Below, one piece after another: positions 48,777-61,139 of a stretch of 64,000 nt of DNA. Under the pieces are notes generated by a model. It saw only the letters and a list, made by a program, of their open reading frames with translations, had not been told where the DNA came from and made no database searches. The position numbers and the translations under genes are program-made. The DNA is from Caldisericia bacterium (lineage in GTDB: Bacteria; Caldisericota; Caldisericia; JAAYUI01): NCBI GenBank assembly GCA_963674785.1, contig OY771555.1, forward strand, positions 832,001 through 896,000, in the 5' to 3' direction. Each line of letters starts with the position of its first letter. Positions within the stretch are counted from its first letter, which is position 1.

Positions 48777-49912
48777 AGTGATAATAGCTCCTGAGAAAAT
48801 CTTTGAGTTCGGTTGCTCCAAGTATTCTCAGATACAAATTCAGAAATTGCTTTCTGGTCTGGCTCTGAGCTTGTAATTTTTTTTATGGCTTTTATGAACT
48901 CATCTGTGGTGTTTGCTTTAATGACAACAGAATCATGGAATGATTCAAGTTCACTCATTGGAACTGAAACTGTTGGTAAACCCATTGAAGCGTATTCATA
49001 TAGTTTGAGTGGGGAGACAGATTTTGTAAGTTCAACTTGCTTAAATGGTATTATTCCACATGAAGACCCACTCATCAGTGACGGTAACTCTTCTTGAGGT
49101 TTTCTTCCGAGGAAGTGGACATTCGGCAGACTTCTGAGGTTCGTCCCATTCTTTCCGAGTTCGCTTCCTCTTTCTCCACCGATGATTATGAAAGAAATAT
49201 CAGACAAAGCCTTCGAGATGCTGTAGAGCAATTCAGAATCAAACCACCATCTGAGTGCTCCAGCATAAACAACCCTTGGTTTTTTTATATCCCTTACAGC
49301 ATCCGATTCGTCAGTTTTTTTAAACAGGTTCTCATCAACTGCATTTGGCAGATATATTGCGTTATCATTATGTTTCTTCAGGTTGTCAGTGAGGAATTTT
49401 GCGGTTGCAAACACTGCATCACATGATTTTGCAAGTTCGCCTTCAACTCTGTCCAGGAATTTAACACATTGGGTACCGCCATATCCTGTGTGGTCGTCAA
49501 CACAATCATAAACCGCAACCTTTGGGTTGATGGATTTCAGAATTGGATTCATCCAGGGCAGGTAAAACAAGGCTATGAATTCATCTGGAAAATCTGTCTT
49601 TTCCATCACATGATTCACGAACTTTGTGAGTTTGTCGCATGCAGCTTTCTGCATGGTTTTATATCTTCCGTAGAATGGCATAATAGGTGGTGGAGATGCA
49701 ACCCAGAGGTTATCTCTCACCTTCTCTATTTGTCCGGATTTTTTTACCTTCAGGTTATAGGACTTGTCTGCGTATCTGGAAAGATATGTGAATGGTGCCT
49801 CAACAAAAAGAACCGGATTCCCATTTTCAGCAAATGCTTTGGCGAATCTGTGTTTCCTTGTCGGGAGATCGTCCCAGTCCTGAGATGAAAAAATCAGAAG
49901 AGGTGTTTTCAT
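48764..49912 (-). CDS. GT-B glycosyltransferase (TuaH-like)
   Basis: VYDCVDD, LPNAVD, PLKLYEYASMGLP. Confidence 0.85.
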   Translation of the reverse strand: MKTPLLIFSSQDWDDLPTRKHRFAKAFAENGNPVLFVEAPFTYLSRYADKSYNLKVKKSGQIEKVRDNLWVASPPPIMPFYGRYKTMQKAACDKLTKFVNHVMEKTDFPDEFIALFYLPWMNPILKSINPKVAVYDCVDDHTGYGGTQCVKFLDRVEGELAKSCDAVFATAKFLTDNLKKHNDNAIYLPNAVDENLFKKTDESDAVRDIKKPRVVYAGALRWWFDSELLYSISKALSDISFIIIGGERGSELGKNGTNLRSLPNVHFLGRKPQEELPSLMSGSSCGIIPFKQVELTKSVSPLKLYEYASMGLPTVSVPMSELESFHDSVVIKANTTDEFIKAIKKITSSEPDQKAISEFVSENTWSNRTQRFSQELLSLWEK

Positions 49913-51225
49913 GGATTATATGTTGGCTCCAGTTCTGCAATCAGTTCTCTTATCTCTTTACGGTCAACTCGTTCTGCAGCATCGATTAATCTCTTCAGAT
50001 TCATATCAAAATCATCTGGATGGTCATCGATTGCTGGAATGATAAAAATTCCATTGAGTTTCTTCTGTCTTGCCATCTCAGCTTTTGTAACCAACTCTTC
50101 AGACATTTTTTCACCTGGTCTTGGTTTCGTGTACACTATTTCAAAATCTTTCCCCTCAGCGTATCCCATGACCTTTCCAATTGTTGAAGCAAGTGTTGAA
50201 ATATTGATTGGGGGGCCGGCATCTGGTACAAAAACCTCACCATTTTCTGCGAGGTTTGATGCTCTGATAATGAAAAGTGATGCGTGGTCTCGGGTGATGA
50301 AGTATCTATCCATCTTTGGTGAGGTGACTGTCAACTTGCTGCCACGTCTGAGCTGTCTGAGGAATGTGTATACAACATTTCCCCTAGAATCAAGAACGTT
50401 TTCGAACCTGACAATACATCGTTTCATTAAAGGTCTGTTATATCTTTGAATGATACGTTCTGCGATCCTTTTTGTGGCACCCATTATGTTTGCTGGGTCT
50501 GCAGCCTTGTCGGTAGAAATGAATGTGAATCTTTCTGCACCAACTCGATCTGCCTCTTCAAGTACAATCATTGTTCCGTTTATATTTGTTGTTACTGCCT
50601 CTTCAGGGTACATCTCCATCAATGGAACGTGTTTTCTCGCAGCGATATGGAAAACGATATCTGGTTTTACATATTCCATTATCGAGCGAACTCGAGATCT
50701 GTTTCTGATATCAGAAACTATTGGAGTTTTATCAGCGAAACCATCAATTGACATCTCAAGGTCTATTTCGTAAACACCATTTTCGGTGTTATCAACAAGT
50801 GCAATGTGTGATGGATTAAACCTTAAAAGCTTTCTTGCAAGGTCAGATCCAATTGAACCACCAGCTCCTGTAATCAGTACCCTTTTCCCGTTGATAAATG
50901 CCCCTTCCCCATCTGTACATTTTGTTTGTTCGCGGATAAGCCCTGTTGCAATGAGTCTTTCTATGAGTTTGTCATCATTGATATAATGGGTGGTGGAACT
51001 TCCGTTTGGGATGATCTGCACTGGGATTCCTTCATCGATAAATGATAGCATCAATTCTTTGTATCCATCAAAACTCGAATCGATAAATACAATATCTGTA
51101 CTTTCTTTATTTATGTCCGTTTTTTTGTCGCCAAAACAGCTTACTACCAGAGTTCCGCTAGAGTTGATGTCTGACTTTAAGGTTTCACACCATTTCTTGT
51201 TGCCTATAAGTCCAACTCTCTTCAT
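49909..51225 (-). CDS. CapD/PglF-like nucleotide-sugar 4,6-dehydratase (no N-terminal TM region)
   Basis: TGAGGSIG, HIAARKHVP, STDKA, MGATK, RPGEK. Confidence 0.85.
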   Translation of the reverse strand: MKRVGLIGNKKWCETLKSDINSSGTLVVSCFGDKKTDINKESTDIVFIDSSFDGYKELMLSFIDEGIPVQIIPNGSSTTHYINDDKLIERLIATGLIREQTKCTDGEGAFINGKRVLITGAGGSIGSDLARKLLRFNPSHIALVDNTENGVYEIDLEMSIDGFADKTPIVSDIRNRSRVRSIMEYVKPDIVFHIAARKHVPLMEMYPEEAVTTNINGTMIVLEEADRVGAERFTFISTDKAADPANIMGATKRIAERIIQRYNRPLMKRCIVRFENVLDSRGNVVYTFLRQLRRGSKLTVTSPKMDRYFITRDHASLFIIRASNLAENGEVFVPDAGPPINISTLASTIGKVMGYAEGKDFEIVYTKPRPGEKMSEELVTKAEMARQKKLNGIFIIPAIDDHPDDFDMNLKRLIDAAERVDRKEIRELIAELEPTYNP

Positions 51226-52427
51226 TAAAGAATCTCCTTGAGCTTTTCTGCGTTCTCATGTGCAGCAATAATTGTGGATGAGACTGCCTTTATCTGAGCA
51301 TCTGACATCGAACCAAAAAGTGGAGGACAGATCATTTCGTGTGAGAGTCTTGTGGCGTTTGGACAACTATCTTCTTCGGTATCGGACTTAAAGTATTCGT
51401 GGCTATGAACTGGTGGATAGAAGTATGTTTTACATTCAATGTTTTCTGCATCCATTACTTTGATAAGTTGATCGCGAGTTAGTCCAAACTTTTCAGCGTC
51501 GATTCTGATACCAAAATCTTTGTATGAGCATCTATCATCATCAGCGATGCATTGGTAAGAAAGACCACCTACACCAGAGAGTTTGTCTTTGTATTTCTTT
51601 ACGAAATGGTTTCTCGCTTCAGCTTCTTTTTCAACTTGAGTGAGTCCCCATCTGCCAATGATTGCGTGGATTTCAGACATTCTTCCATTAAGACCGGGGA
51701 AGACAGTGTCATGTGCTCCTGGCTTCGTGCCGTACTCTCTTAAGATTCTTATGTTGAGTGCCATCTGCTCATCATTTGTTGTTATGAATCCACCTTCACC
51801 AGAGGTTAGAAGTTTTGTAGGTGTCATTGAGAACGATGAACCGAGACCCTGGCTACCGACGGGTTTTCCACTGTGAAGGATACCAAATCCATGTGCTGAA
51901 TCGAAAACAACGGGGATGTCACGTTTTTTCGCTGCGCTTAAAACCTGATCAATTCCTGATGGCGAACCAAAGACATGAGTAAATATTATTGCTGAAATGT
52001 CATTGTTTTCGTCAAGTTTTTTTTCTAGGTCTGAAACGATGACATTATATGTTCTTAGGTCTGAGTCTACGAAAATTGGGTCATAACCAGCCCACATAGA
52101 GGCGGTTGCGGTTGCCAGAAATGTAAAACTTGGAACGAGGATTTTCTCACGCTTTTCGAGTCTTACACCTCTTGCCATCTTGTGGGCGGCGAGAATCAAC
52201 GCTAAACCAACTGTGCAACTTGAAACGCCAAAAGCAAACTCAACACCCATTGTGTCTGCAACCTCTGCTTCAAATGCTGCGAGTTCTGTGCCTTTTGTTA
52301 AGATTCCGCTGCTGAGAGTTGCAGTTAACCTTTCGGTGATGTTTGAAAGTTCGGGAAGCGGTGGTTTGCAAAGCTGAATTCTTCCAGGGTAAAATCCCGG
52401 TCCACCAAGTATCCTAAGTCGTGACAT
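51225..52427 (-). CDS. DegT/DnrJ/EryC1/StrS PLP-dependent sugar aminotransferase
   Basis: VPSFTFLAT, DSAHG, SFSMTPTKLLTSGEGG. Confidence 0.92.
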   Translation of the reverse strand: MSRLRILGGPGFYPGRIQLCKPPLPELSNITERLTATLSSGILTKGTELAAFEAEVADTMGVEFAFGVSSCTVGLALILAAHKMARGVRLEKREKILVPSFTFLATATASMWAGYDPIFVDSDLRTYNVIVSDLEKKLDENNDISAIIFTHVFGSPSGIDQVLSAAKKRDIPVVFDSAHGFGILHSGKPVGSQGLGSSFSMTPTKLLTSGEGGFITTNDEQMALNIRILREYGTKPGAHDTVFPGLNGRMSEIHAIIGRWGLTQVEKEAEARNHFVKKYKDKLSGVGGLSYQCIADDDRCSYKDFGIRIDAEKFGLTRDQLIKVMDAENIECKTYFYPPVHSHEYFKSDTEEDSCPNATRLSHEMICPPLFGSMSDAQIKAVSSTIIAAHENAEKLKEIL

Positions 52428-53076
52428 TGTTGTCCTCCATATCTGGATTTGTTACACCATCGAGTCTGCTTATTGGGTCGTCGGGTTCAACATCTGCATA
52501 AACATTAGGTTTAAGCAGTATTCGAGGTGTATCAAAGATTATCTTCATATCGAGTTTAAAGGAAAAATTCTCCGTATACCAAACATCAAGGTCTATCTTT
52601 TCAGGCCAGGAGAGCTCATTTCTACCATTGATCTGTGCCCATCCAGTGATGCCTGGTTTTACAAGAAGCCTCTTTTTTTGATGTTCGTCGTACCTTTTGC
52701 ATTGGTAGATAAGTGATGGTCGTGGTCCAACGATACTCATGCTTCCCGTTATGACATTGAAAATCTGTGGAAGTTCGTCGATGAATGACCTGAGTTTTTT
52801 ACCAACTCTTGTGATTCGGGGATCGTTTTCACTTGTCCAGATTCCTGTGCCGATATTGGAAGCATTCTTAACCATTGTCCTGAATTTCACACAGTTAAAA
52901 ACTTTGCTGTCTCTTCCAACTCTTTTTTGGATGAAGAAAACTGGAAATCCGTCATCAATAACAATAAGAATAGAAATAATAAAAAGAACAGGTGATAGAA
53001 TCACCAGAGCCAAAAGACCAAAAACGAGGTCAAATGCTCTTTTCCAGAAAGGATTATAAACCTTTTTTGCTTTCAA
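52414..53076 (-). CDS. Priming phosphoglycosyltransferase (PglC/WcaJ-type)
   Basis: KRAFD, KFRTM, DPRITRVG, DELPQ, VGPRP, KPGITGWAQ. Confidence 0.93.
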   Translation of the reverse strand: MKAKKVYNPFWKRAFDLVFGLLALVILSPVLFIISILIVIDDGFPVFFIQKRVGRDSKVFNCVKFRTMVKNASNIGTGIWTSENDPRITRVGKKLRSFIDELPQIFNVITGSMSIVGPRPSLIYQCKRYDEHQKKRLLVKPGITGWAQINGRNELSWPEKIDLDVWYTENFSFKLDMKIIFDTPRILLKPNVYADVEPDDPISRLDGVTNPDMEDNNVTT

Positions 53077-53078
53077 AG

Positions 53079-54170
53079 TTATTCATTCCTCCAGTTGCAT
53101 CGATAGATCGGGAAAAAACCAATCGATGTTGGATCAAAATCGAGTCTCCCCTGAGTATGCTCAAATTCGGTTTTAATTTCAATGATACGTTTGTAAGTTT
53201 CGGGATCATGAAGTCGATCAAAGATATAGAAGTCCTTTTCAAGACTTGAAAAATTCAGTTTGAATCTGTACGTTCCGTCATTACCTGCTGCTCCACCACC
53301 AAGCACAAAATACTTCAAACCCATCTGTTTGCATTTCCCCAACATCTTCCAGAAGAGGAAATTATTCGGGCGATAGTTTTGAAACTCTCTGTTTGTTGCA
53401 GAAAGGTATGAGTATCCAACTTCTCCACCCGTAAGAACAATCACGCTTGAAACAAGCTGCTCTTCAACGAATGCCCCCATGACAAAACAAAACTCCTCGG
53501 GGGTTTTCATCATGTTTTCAAAGAATATATCTGGATAGAGGTATCGTTCATTTGCCAGATGATGTTCCATTGTTTCTCTATAGAGAGGAATAAAATCTGT
53601 AAAACCATCAGGCGGAAGCAGTTTAACTTCAACCCCTCTGCTTTCAGCCTGTCGAAGTTTTTTTCTGCCTTCTTTTGATACTTCAGACAGAAGTTCCTCT
53701 TCAGATTTGGTCAGATCAACCCAAACAATTTGCCCAACCCTTCGAACGTTGTATCCCGAACCTAACACTATGTTGTTTTGAATTGGTTGGACTCTTCCAA
53801 ATTCGGTTATGATTTTTTTTTCTTTGCACCACGCACCAAACTCAGCGTTGAATTTTGAAATTATATCAAATGACAACTCATCACCAGTGCTATTTACAAA
53901 ACCACCGTATTCGGGGGTCGTGATGTCAAAAACCTCACCAAACTCAGAGGCGATTTTTTCACCAAATGGAAGTTCTGTAAGTGGTCTTATTAAAAAGGTG
54001 TAGAGAATGGTAACTCCATCATACTCACCCCAAACCCCTTCAAACCTATATGGATATGAGCCTTCCCAGATTGTTCCAAAATGTGGAGAACAATAGCAGT
54101 CAGCCCCAGATACTTTTTTTAGTACCTCTAACCATTCAGATTTATTTTGGGTTGTAAGGTGATGTAACAT
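53079..54170 (-). CDS. FemAB-like GNAT-fold protein
   Basis: DITTPEYGG, YRETM, YSYLSAT..YRPNN, LGGG, FKLNF. Confidence 0.75.
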   Translation of the reverse strand: MLHHLTTQNKSEWLEVLKKVSGADCYCSPHFGTIWEGSYPYRFEGVWGEYDGVTILYTFLIRPLTELPFGEKIASEFGEVFDITTPEYGGFVNSTGDELSFDIISKFNAEFGAWCKEKKIITEFGRVQPIQNNIVLGSGYNVRRVGQIVWVDLTKSEEELLSEVSKEGRKKLRQAESRGVEVKLLPPDGFTDFIPLYRETMEHHLANERYLYPDIFFENMMKTPEEFCFVMGAFVEEQLVSSVIVLTGGEVGYSYLSATNREFQNYRPNNFLFWKMLGKCKQMGLKYFVLGGGAAGNDGTYRFKLNFSSLEKDFYIFDRLHDPETYKRIIEIKTEFEHTQGRLDFDPTSIGFFPIYRCNWRNE

Positions 54171-54171
54171 A

Positions 54172-54696
54172 TTATTTCAGGAAATCAGACTTAAGTAACC
54201 CCATAATGATTACATCAACGAACTGGTTGTTTCTGAAATTATGCTCTCTGAGCTTTCCTTCTCTTATAAATCCTAGCCTTTCAAAGTGTTTTTGTGAGGG
54301 GATGTTTGTATCGAGTATATATACCCAAACCCGATTCATTCCGATTTCAGAAAAGGTGAAGTTAAGAAGGGAATGCGATGCATCATTTGCATACCCTTGC
54401 CCTCTATAGTTTTTGTCACCAATAAAAAGACCAAAACCACATTGTCTGTTTATCCAATCTATATCATATACTCCAATGTTGCCAATGTGTCTTCCGTCGT
54501 CGGCTTCAATTGCAAATCGTTTATTAACTTGGTCGTTTCTTATCGCATGAAGCCAGTCTTCTTCGTTTGTGTGTGATGTTGGCCAGTGCCATCCGATCAA
54601 CTGTTCCTGGATTTCCCAGTCGTTTCTCCATGCAGTCAATCTATCTCTGTCGCCCTTTTCAAGAGCTCTTATACGTGTTTTTTTCCCTGAAATCAT
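54172..54696 (-). CDS. RimJ/RimL-type GNAT N-acetyltransferase (PseH-like)
   Basis: WRND, HIGNIG, YRGQGYA, LGFIREGKLRE. Confidence 0.85.
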   Translation of the reverse strand: MISGKKTRIRALEKGDRDRLTAWRNDWEIQEQLIGWHWPTSHTNEEDWLHAIRNDQVNKRFAIEADDGRHIGNIGVYDIDWINRQCGFGLFIGDKNYRGQGYANDASHSLLNFTFSEIGMNRVWVYILDTNIPSQKHFERLGFIREGKLREHNFRNNQFVDVIIMGLLKSDFLK

Positions 54697-54758
54697 TGGA
54701 TAATCTCCTATAACCTATCCAATGTATCGGAATTTGACATTATCGCAAGTCTTTCCTT

Positions 54759-54780
54759 GTCAATATGCTAGCATATTGAC
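54759..54780. promoter_or_regulatory. Perfect 22-bp palindrome (candidate operator)
   Basis: GTCAATATGCTAGCATATTGAC, next to an extended -10 (TGCGATAAT, minus strand 54739-54747). Confidence 0.55.
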
Positions 54781-54783
54781 GTC

Positions 54784-55143
54784 TTATAGCCCTCTTGGTG
54801 ACCTTGTTGATTTTGGTGGTTTTGTAAAAAGTGTTCTTATGATGTGCCTTATCGCACTTAGTGGGTGTACCCAGATCATTCGTGGTCCGGCATAACGCAT
54901 AACCCGCCGAACTAGTTCTCGTTTTTCTGGTTCAAAACAATGGATGGGGCATTTTTTACAAACAGGTTTCCTCGTACCAAATACGCAATTCTCTATCTTT
55001 TTTGAGGCATATGAGAAAAGCTCGTTGCATTTTTTGCAAATGTCGTCATTTTTTCGGTGAAACGAACTACAATAAATTTTAACCATTTGATAAATGGTAT
55101 CTATTTCTCTTTTCATGAATATTTCTTTGGATTTTTTTCTCAT
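54784..55143 (-). CDS. YgbA-like (nitrous-oxide-stimulated promoter family) Cys-rich protein
   Basis: RE..TI..M..IYC, KPVCKKCPIHC, VMRYAGPRM..HP. Confidence 0.85.
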   Translation of the reverse strand: MRKKSKEIFMKREIDTIYQMVKIYCSSFHRKNDDICKKCNELFSYASKKIENCVFGTRKPVCKKCPIHCFEPEKRELVRRVMRYAGPRMIWVHPLSAIRHIIRTLFTKPPKSTRSPRGL

Positions 55144-55239
55144 TTTGTTTAGATCGTACTCTTTTGGATCAGATCGTCAAGATTTCCATCCAAAATTTTC
55201 TGAAAAACCAGATACTTTTTCCAAAAAATCACAAAGTAT

Positions 55240-55358
55240 TGTGGATAACGCAGGATTTATTGTGGATAAATTGACGCAATTTTTTGCCGGAAGTTTTGTT
55301 AAACCATTTTTTGGAATTCTTGTTAAATGAGTTGGGGATTATCCAAAATAATCCCCAT
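55240..55358. promoter_or_regulatory. DnaA-box cluster
   Basis: Perfect TGTGGATAA at 55240 and 55261; TTATCCAAA at 55339; inverted repeat TGGGGATTAT-CCAAA-ATAATCCCCA. Confidence 0.6.
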
Positions 55359-55402
55359 GAATAAATAAAAAATCGGATTTAATTTTGAAATAAAATCGGT
55401 GC

Positions 55403-55430
55403 TTGACATTAGCGGCTGGTTTGATATATT
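55403..55430 (+). promoter_or_regulatory. rRNA promoter
   Basis: TTGACA-N16-TATATT with extended-10 TG and an AT-rich UP-like tract upstream. Confidence 0.8.
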
Positions 55431-55438
55431 TGTCATTC

Positions 55439-55496
55439 GTCTCGAGGGGGAAATATGTTCTTCTCTCAAGACTGCAAGAGTGGTACCTTGAAAACT
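55439..55496 (+). promoter_or_regulatory. rRNA leader antitermination elements (boxB-like hairpin, boxA-like)
   Basis: Hairpin at 55439-55472; GTACCTTGAAAACT at 55483-55496. Confidence 0.6.
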
Positions 55497-55553
55497 ATGT
55501 AGAAGATATTAAGAAATTAGCAAGTAGCTATTTCAGATAGAAAAAAATTAGGT

Positions 55554-58546
<2,993 letters not shown>

Positions 58547-58639
58547 TAATCTAATTTTTTCTATCTAAAAGTACTTCTACATAGTTTTCTTGGGATCGCT
58601 CCCAAGTTGAAATTGATATTTAATCAACTGATTAAAGGG

Positions 58640-58757
58640 TTTTGGTGACGATGCAGTCCAGGAAACACCCGTTCTCATTCCGAACACGGCAGTTAAGCTG
58701 GACATGGCCGATGGTACTGTGAGGGAAGCTTTATGGAAGAGTAGGATGTCGCCAAAC
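58640..58757 (+). rRNA. rrf: 5S ribosomal RNA
   Basis: CACCCGTTCTCATTCCGAACACG, GCCGATGGTACT, GAGTAGG; terminal helix TTTGGTGAC/GTCGCCAAA. Confidence 0.95.
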
Positions 58758-58798
58758 CCTTTTTTCTATTTCTAGAGAAAATATCAGAAAACTTGAAA

Positions 58799-58830
58799 CC
58801 TCAACTCCGGTTGGGGCTTTTTTTATTTTT
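58799..58830 (+). terminator. rRNA operon terminator
   Basis: CCTCAAC-TCCG-GTTGGGG stem with a UNCG loop, followed by a T run. Confidence 0.8.
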
Positions 58831-58935
58831 GGGCAAATCTTATTTCTATTTTTCTATCCCACTTCAAGTTTGTATTTCTCCAATTTATCTATATCTTATA
58901 ACTGTTGGATAGTGTTAGTTTGGAGGAGCAGACAG

Positions 58936-61074
58936 GTGAGAAAATCTTTAAAGATAGCGGTTGTAATAGTATTATTTTTCGGACTTTTGTTTAGTGTGAT
59001 CGGTGCTTTTTCTTTCGGGATGATAGTATCTGATACTCTTCCAGAGGATTATGGTAAATACAATATCCTCCAAAAGACTATTACCTTTTACAATAAAGGG
59101 ATTGAAATAATTAATGTTCCAATTGCAAGAAATGATGGGTTTATTTATTTTGCTGAAAGAGATAGGAAATCAAACTCAATTCACATAAAATGTCATGATG
59201 AGATAATGCTTAAAGAAGTTTGGAGCACCGATATAGGAGATGCTGATGTGTTCTCGATTACAGTTCATGATTTTTATCTCTTTTGTGTCGATCTGAATAG
59301 TGGTTTAATAATTTTAGGAAATAGAGATGGCGAAGTAATAAAGAATATTAATCTATGTGATGAGCTTGGAATAGATAATAAAAATGATGATTTTAAAGGG
59401 ATCATATGTACTCCTGTTCCCGTAAGCAGCAAAATCTATTGTAAATATGTACTTACCGATTCAAATGAGAATTCAACAATTGGGGTTGCATGTTTTTCCC
59501 AAGGTGATTTTTCAACCTTTTTTATTGAAGAATACCTCACTTCAGCAAACATCAGGAATTTCTCACCAACATTGTTTACAGATGGTGAATTTGCATATGG
59601 AATTTTTGAAACAACCAGAAATGATAACAAGCTCATCAGGATAAATCCGTATGGTGGAACAACAGAAATTATTATTGATGAGGATATTGAAGAACCTTTT
59701 TTCTACGGTGATTCTTTGCAGATAAAAGATAAGCATATTTATATTGTGATGAGAGATTTAATGTGTTATCTGCTTGATTACGATTTGGAAAGTGGAACTG
59801 CAAAAATATCGAGTACTTCATATATGGAGCTTGAAGAAGCGGAAACAAACGTTACAGATAAAAACGTTATCATTACAACATGCGGAGACATTTCTGTTTA
59901 TAGCAGGGAAAGCCTTAAGTTAATCCGAAAAATCTCAAATGTGAATTTTGATTTTTCTCCTAGGACTTTTATTAATAACACATATATTTATGTTCCTACA
60001 ATTGATATGACACTAAATCGTAATACATTTATTTCTAAAATTGAAATTGAGACCGGAGAGATTTTATTTGTGGATACTGGTGTGGAGATTACTAATCCAG
60101 AATTGTTTCTAATTGGCAAAAATGGTGTTTTCATCATCGAAGATAGTTATGAGAAAGGCTCTATTGTTTCAAATATCATCTCAAAATATAGCTATATTGA
60201 AGATTATGATTTAATTGCTGATATTTCGTCTGGCATACTTGACGGTGAGGTGAATGATCTCTGTGCCCATGAAATGAAACTCCAAATCGGTAATAGATAC
60301 TGGGCAACAAATGGATATATGATTGAAAAACCACTTGATATGGCACCGGTGGTAAGACATGACAGAACATTTATTGAGATAAGGTCTGTCACAGAAAAAG
60401 TTGGGGCTGAGATTTCATGGATTGCAAATGAACGTGCAGTTGTGATAAAAGGGCTAAAGGGCGAGGACATAAAGCTTAAAATCGGAAATCCTGTTGCCAC
60501 GGTCAATGGTGAAGAGGTGCAGATCGATGAGGCTGGAATCATACCTTTCATCGAAAATGGAAGAACCATGCTTCCGCTTCGCTTTGTGTCAGAATCACTT
60601 GGGCTTGTTGTAGGTTGGGATGCAAAGAAAAAGATAATAACTCTGCATTATGAAAATCCTGCTTGCAATCCTTGTAGTGTGAAGTTGAAAGGATTTGATG
60701 GAGAAACGTACAATACCTGCGAATTTCTGGGGGAACCAGTTTTGTTGAACTTTATTGCTGGATGGTGCGAACCCTGCATTAAATCATTTCCTGCATTGAA
60801 TAACATTTTTGATAAATATGGAGATGATATCCGTGTGATTTCCGTGGATATCGACAGCTGGGAAGAAATCGTGGAGATGACAAATGAACATGAAATCCCT
60901 TGGTTGCTGCTTGTTGATGACAATAGGGAGCTAGCAAAAACAATGGGAATCACAGCTATCCCAACATTTATTTTGTACGATTTGGAGGGCGAGGTGGTTT
61001 TCAAGGATGTTGGACTCAAGCCTGACACTGAGAAAATACTATCCGATGAAATCGAAAAACTCCTGAATCCGTGA
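58936..61074 (+). CDS. Exported fusion: PQQ-like propeller + stalk + TlpA-like thioredoxin
   Basis: GGAGG SD before GTG 58936; stalk motif TMLPLRFVSESLG; VLLNFIAGWCEPC...GITAIPT. Confidence 0.8.
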   Translation: MRKSLKIAVVIVLFFGLLFSVIGAFSFGMIVSDTLPEDYGKYNILQKTITFYNKGIEIINVPIARNDGFIYFAERDRKSNSIHIKCHDEIMLKEVWSTDIGDADVFSITVHDFYLFCVDLNSGLIILGNRDGEVIKNINLCDELGIDNKNDDFKGIICTPVPVSSKIYCKYVLTDSNENSTIGVACFSQGDFSTFFIEEYLTSANIRNFSPTLFTDGEFAYGIFETTRNDNKLIRINPYGGTTEIIIDEDIEEPFFYGDSLQIKDKHIYIVMRDLMCYLLDYDLESGTAKISSTSYMELEEAETNVTDKNVIITTCGDISVYSRESLKLIRKISNVNFDFSPRTFINNTYIYVPTIDMTLNRNTFISKIEIETGEILFVDTGVEITNPELFLIGKNGVFIIEDSYEKGSIVSNIISKYSYIEDYDLIADISSGILDGEVNDLCAHEMKLQIGNRYWATNGYMIEKPLDMAPVVRHDRTFIEIRSVTEKVGAEISWIANERAVVIKGLKGEDIKLKIGNPVATVNGEEVQIDEAGIIPFIENGRTMLPLRFVSESLGLVVGWDAKKKIITLHYENPACNPCSVKLKGFDGETYNTCEFLGEPVLLNFIAGWCEPCIKSFPALNNIFDKYGDDIRVISVDIDSWEEIVEMTNEHEIPWLLLVDDNRELAKTMGITAIPTFILYDLEGEVVFKDVGLKPDTEKILSDEIEKLLNP

Positions 61075-61081
61075 CTCCAGA

Positions 61082-61110
61082 TTGACTGTAAATTTTATCA
61101 GACATATAAT
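61082..61110 (+). promoter_or_regulatory. Sigma70 promoter
   Basis: TTGACT-N17-TATAAT. Confidence 0.75.
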
Positions 61111-61139
61111 AAAAACACTTAAGAAAAGGAGGTAGATTT

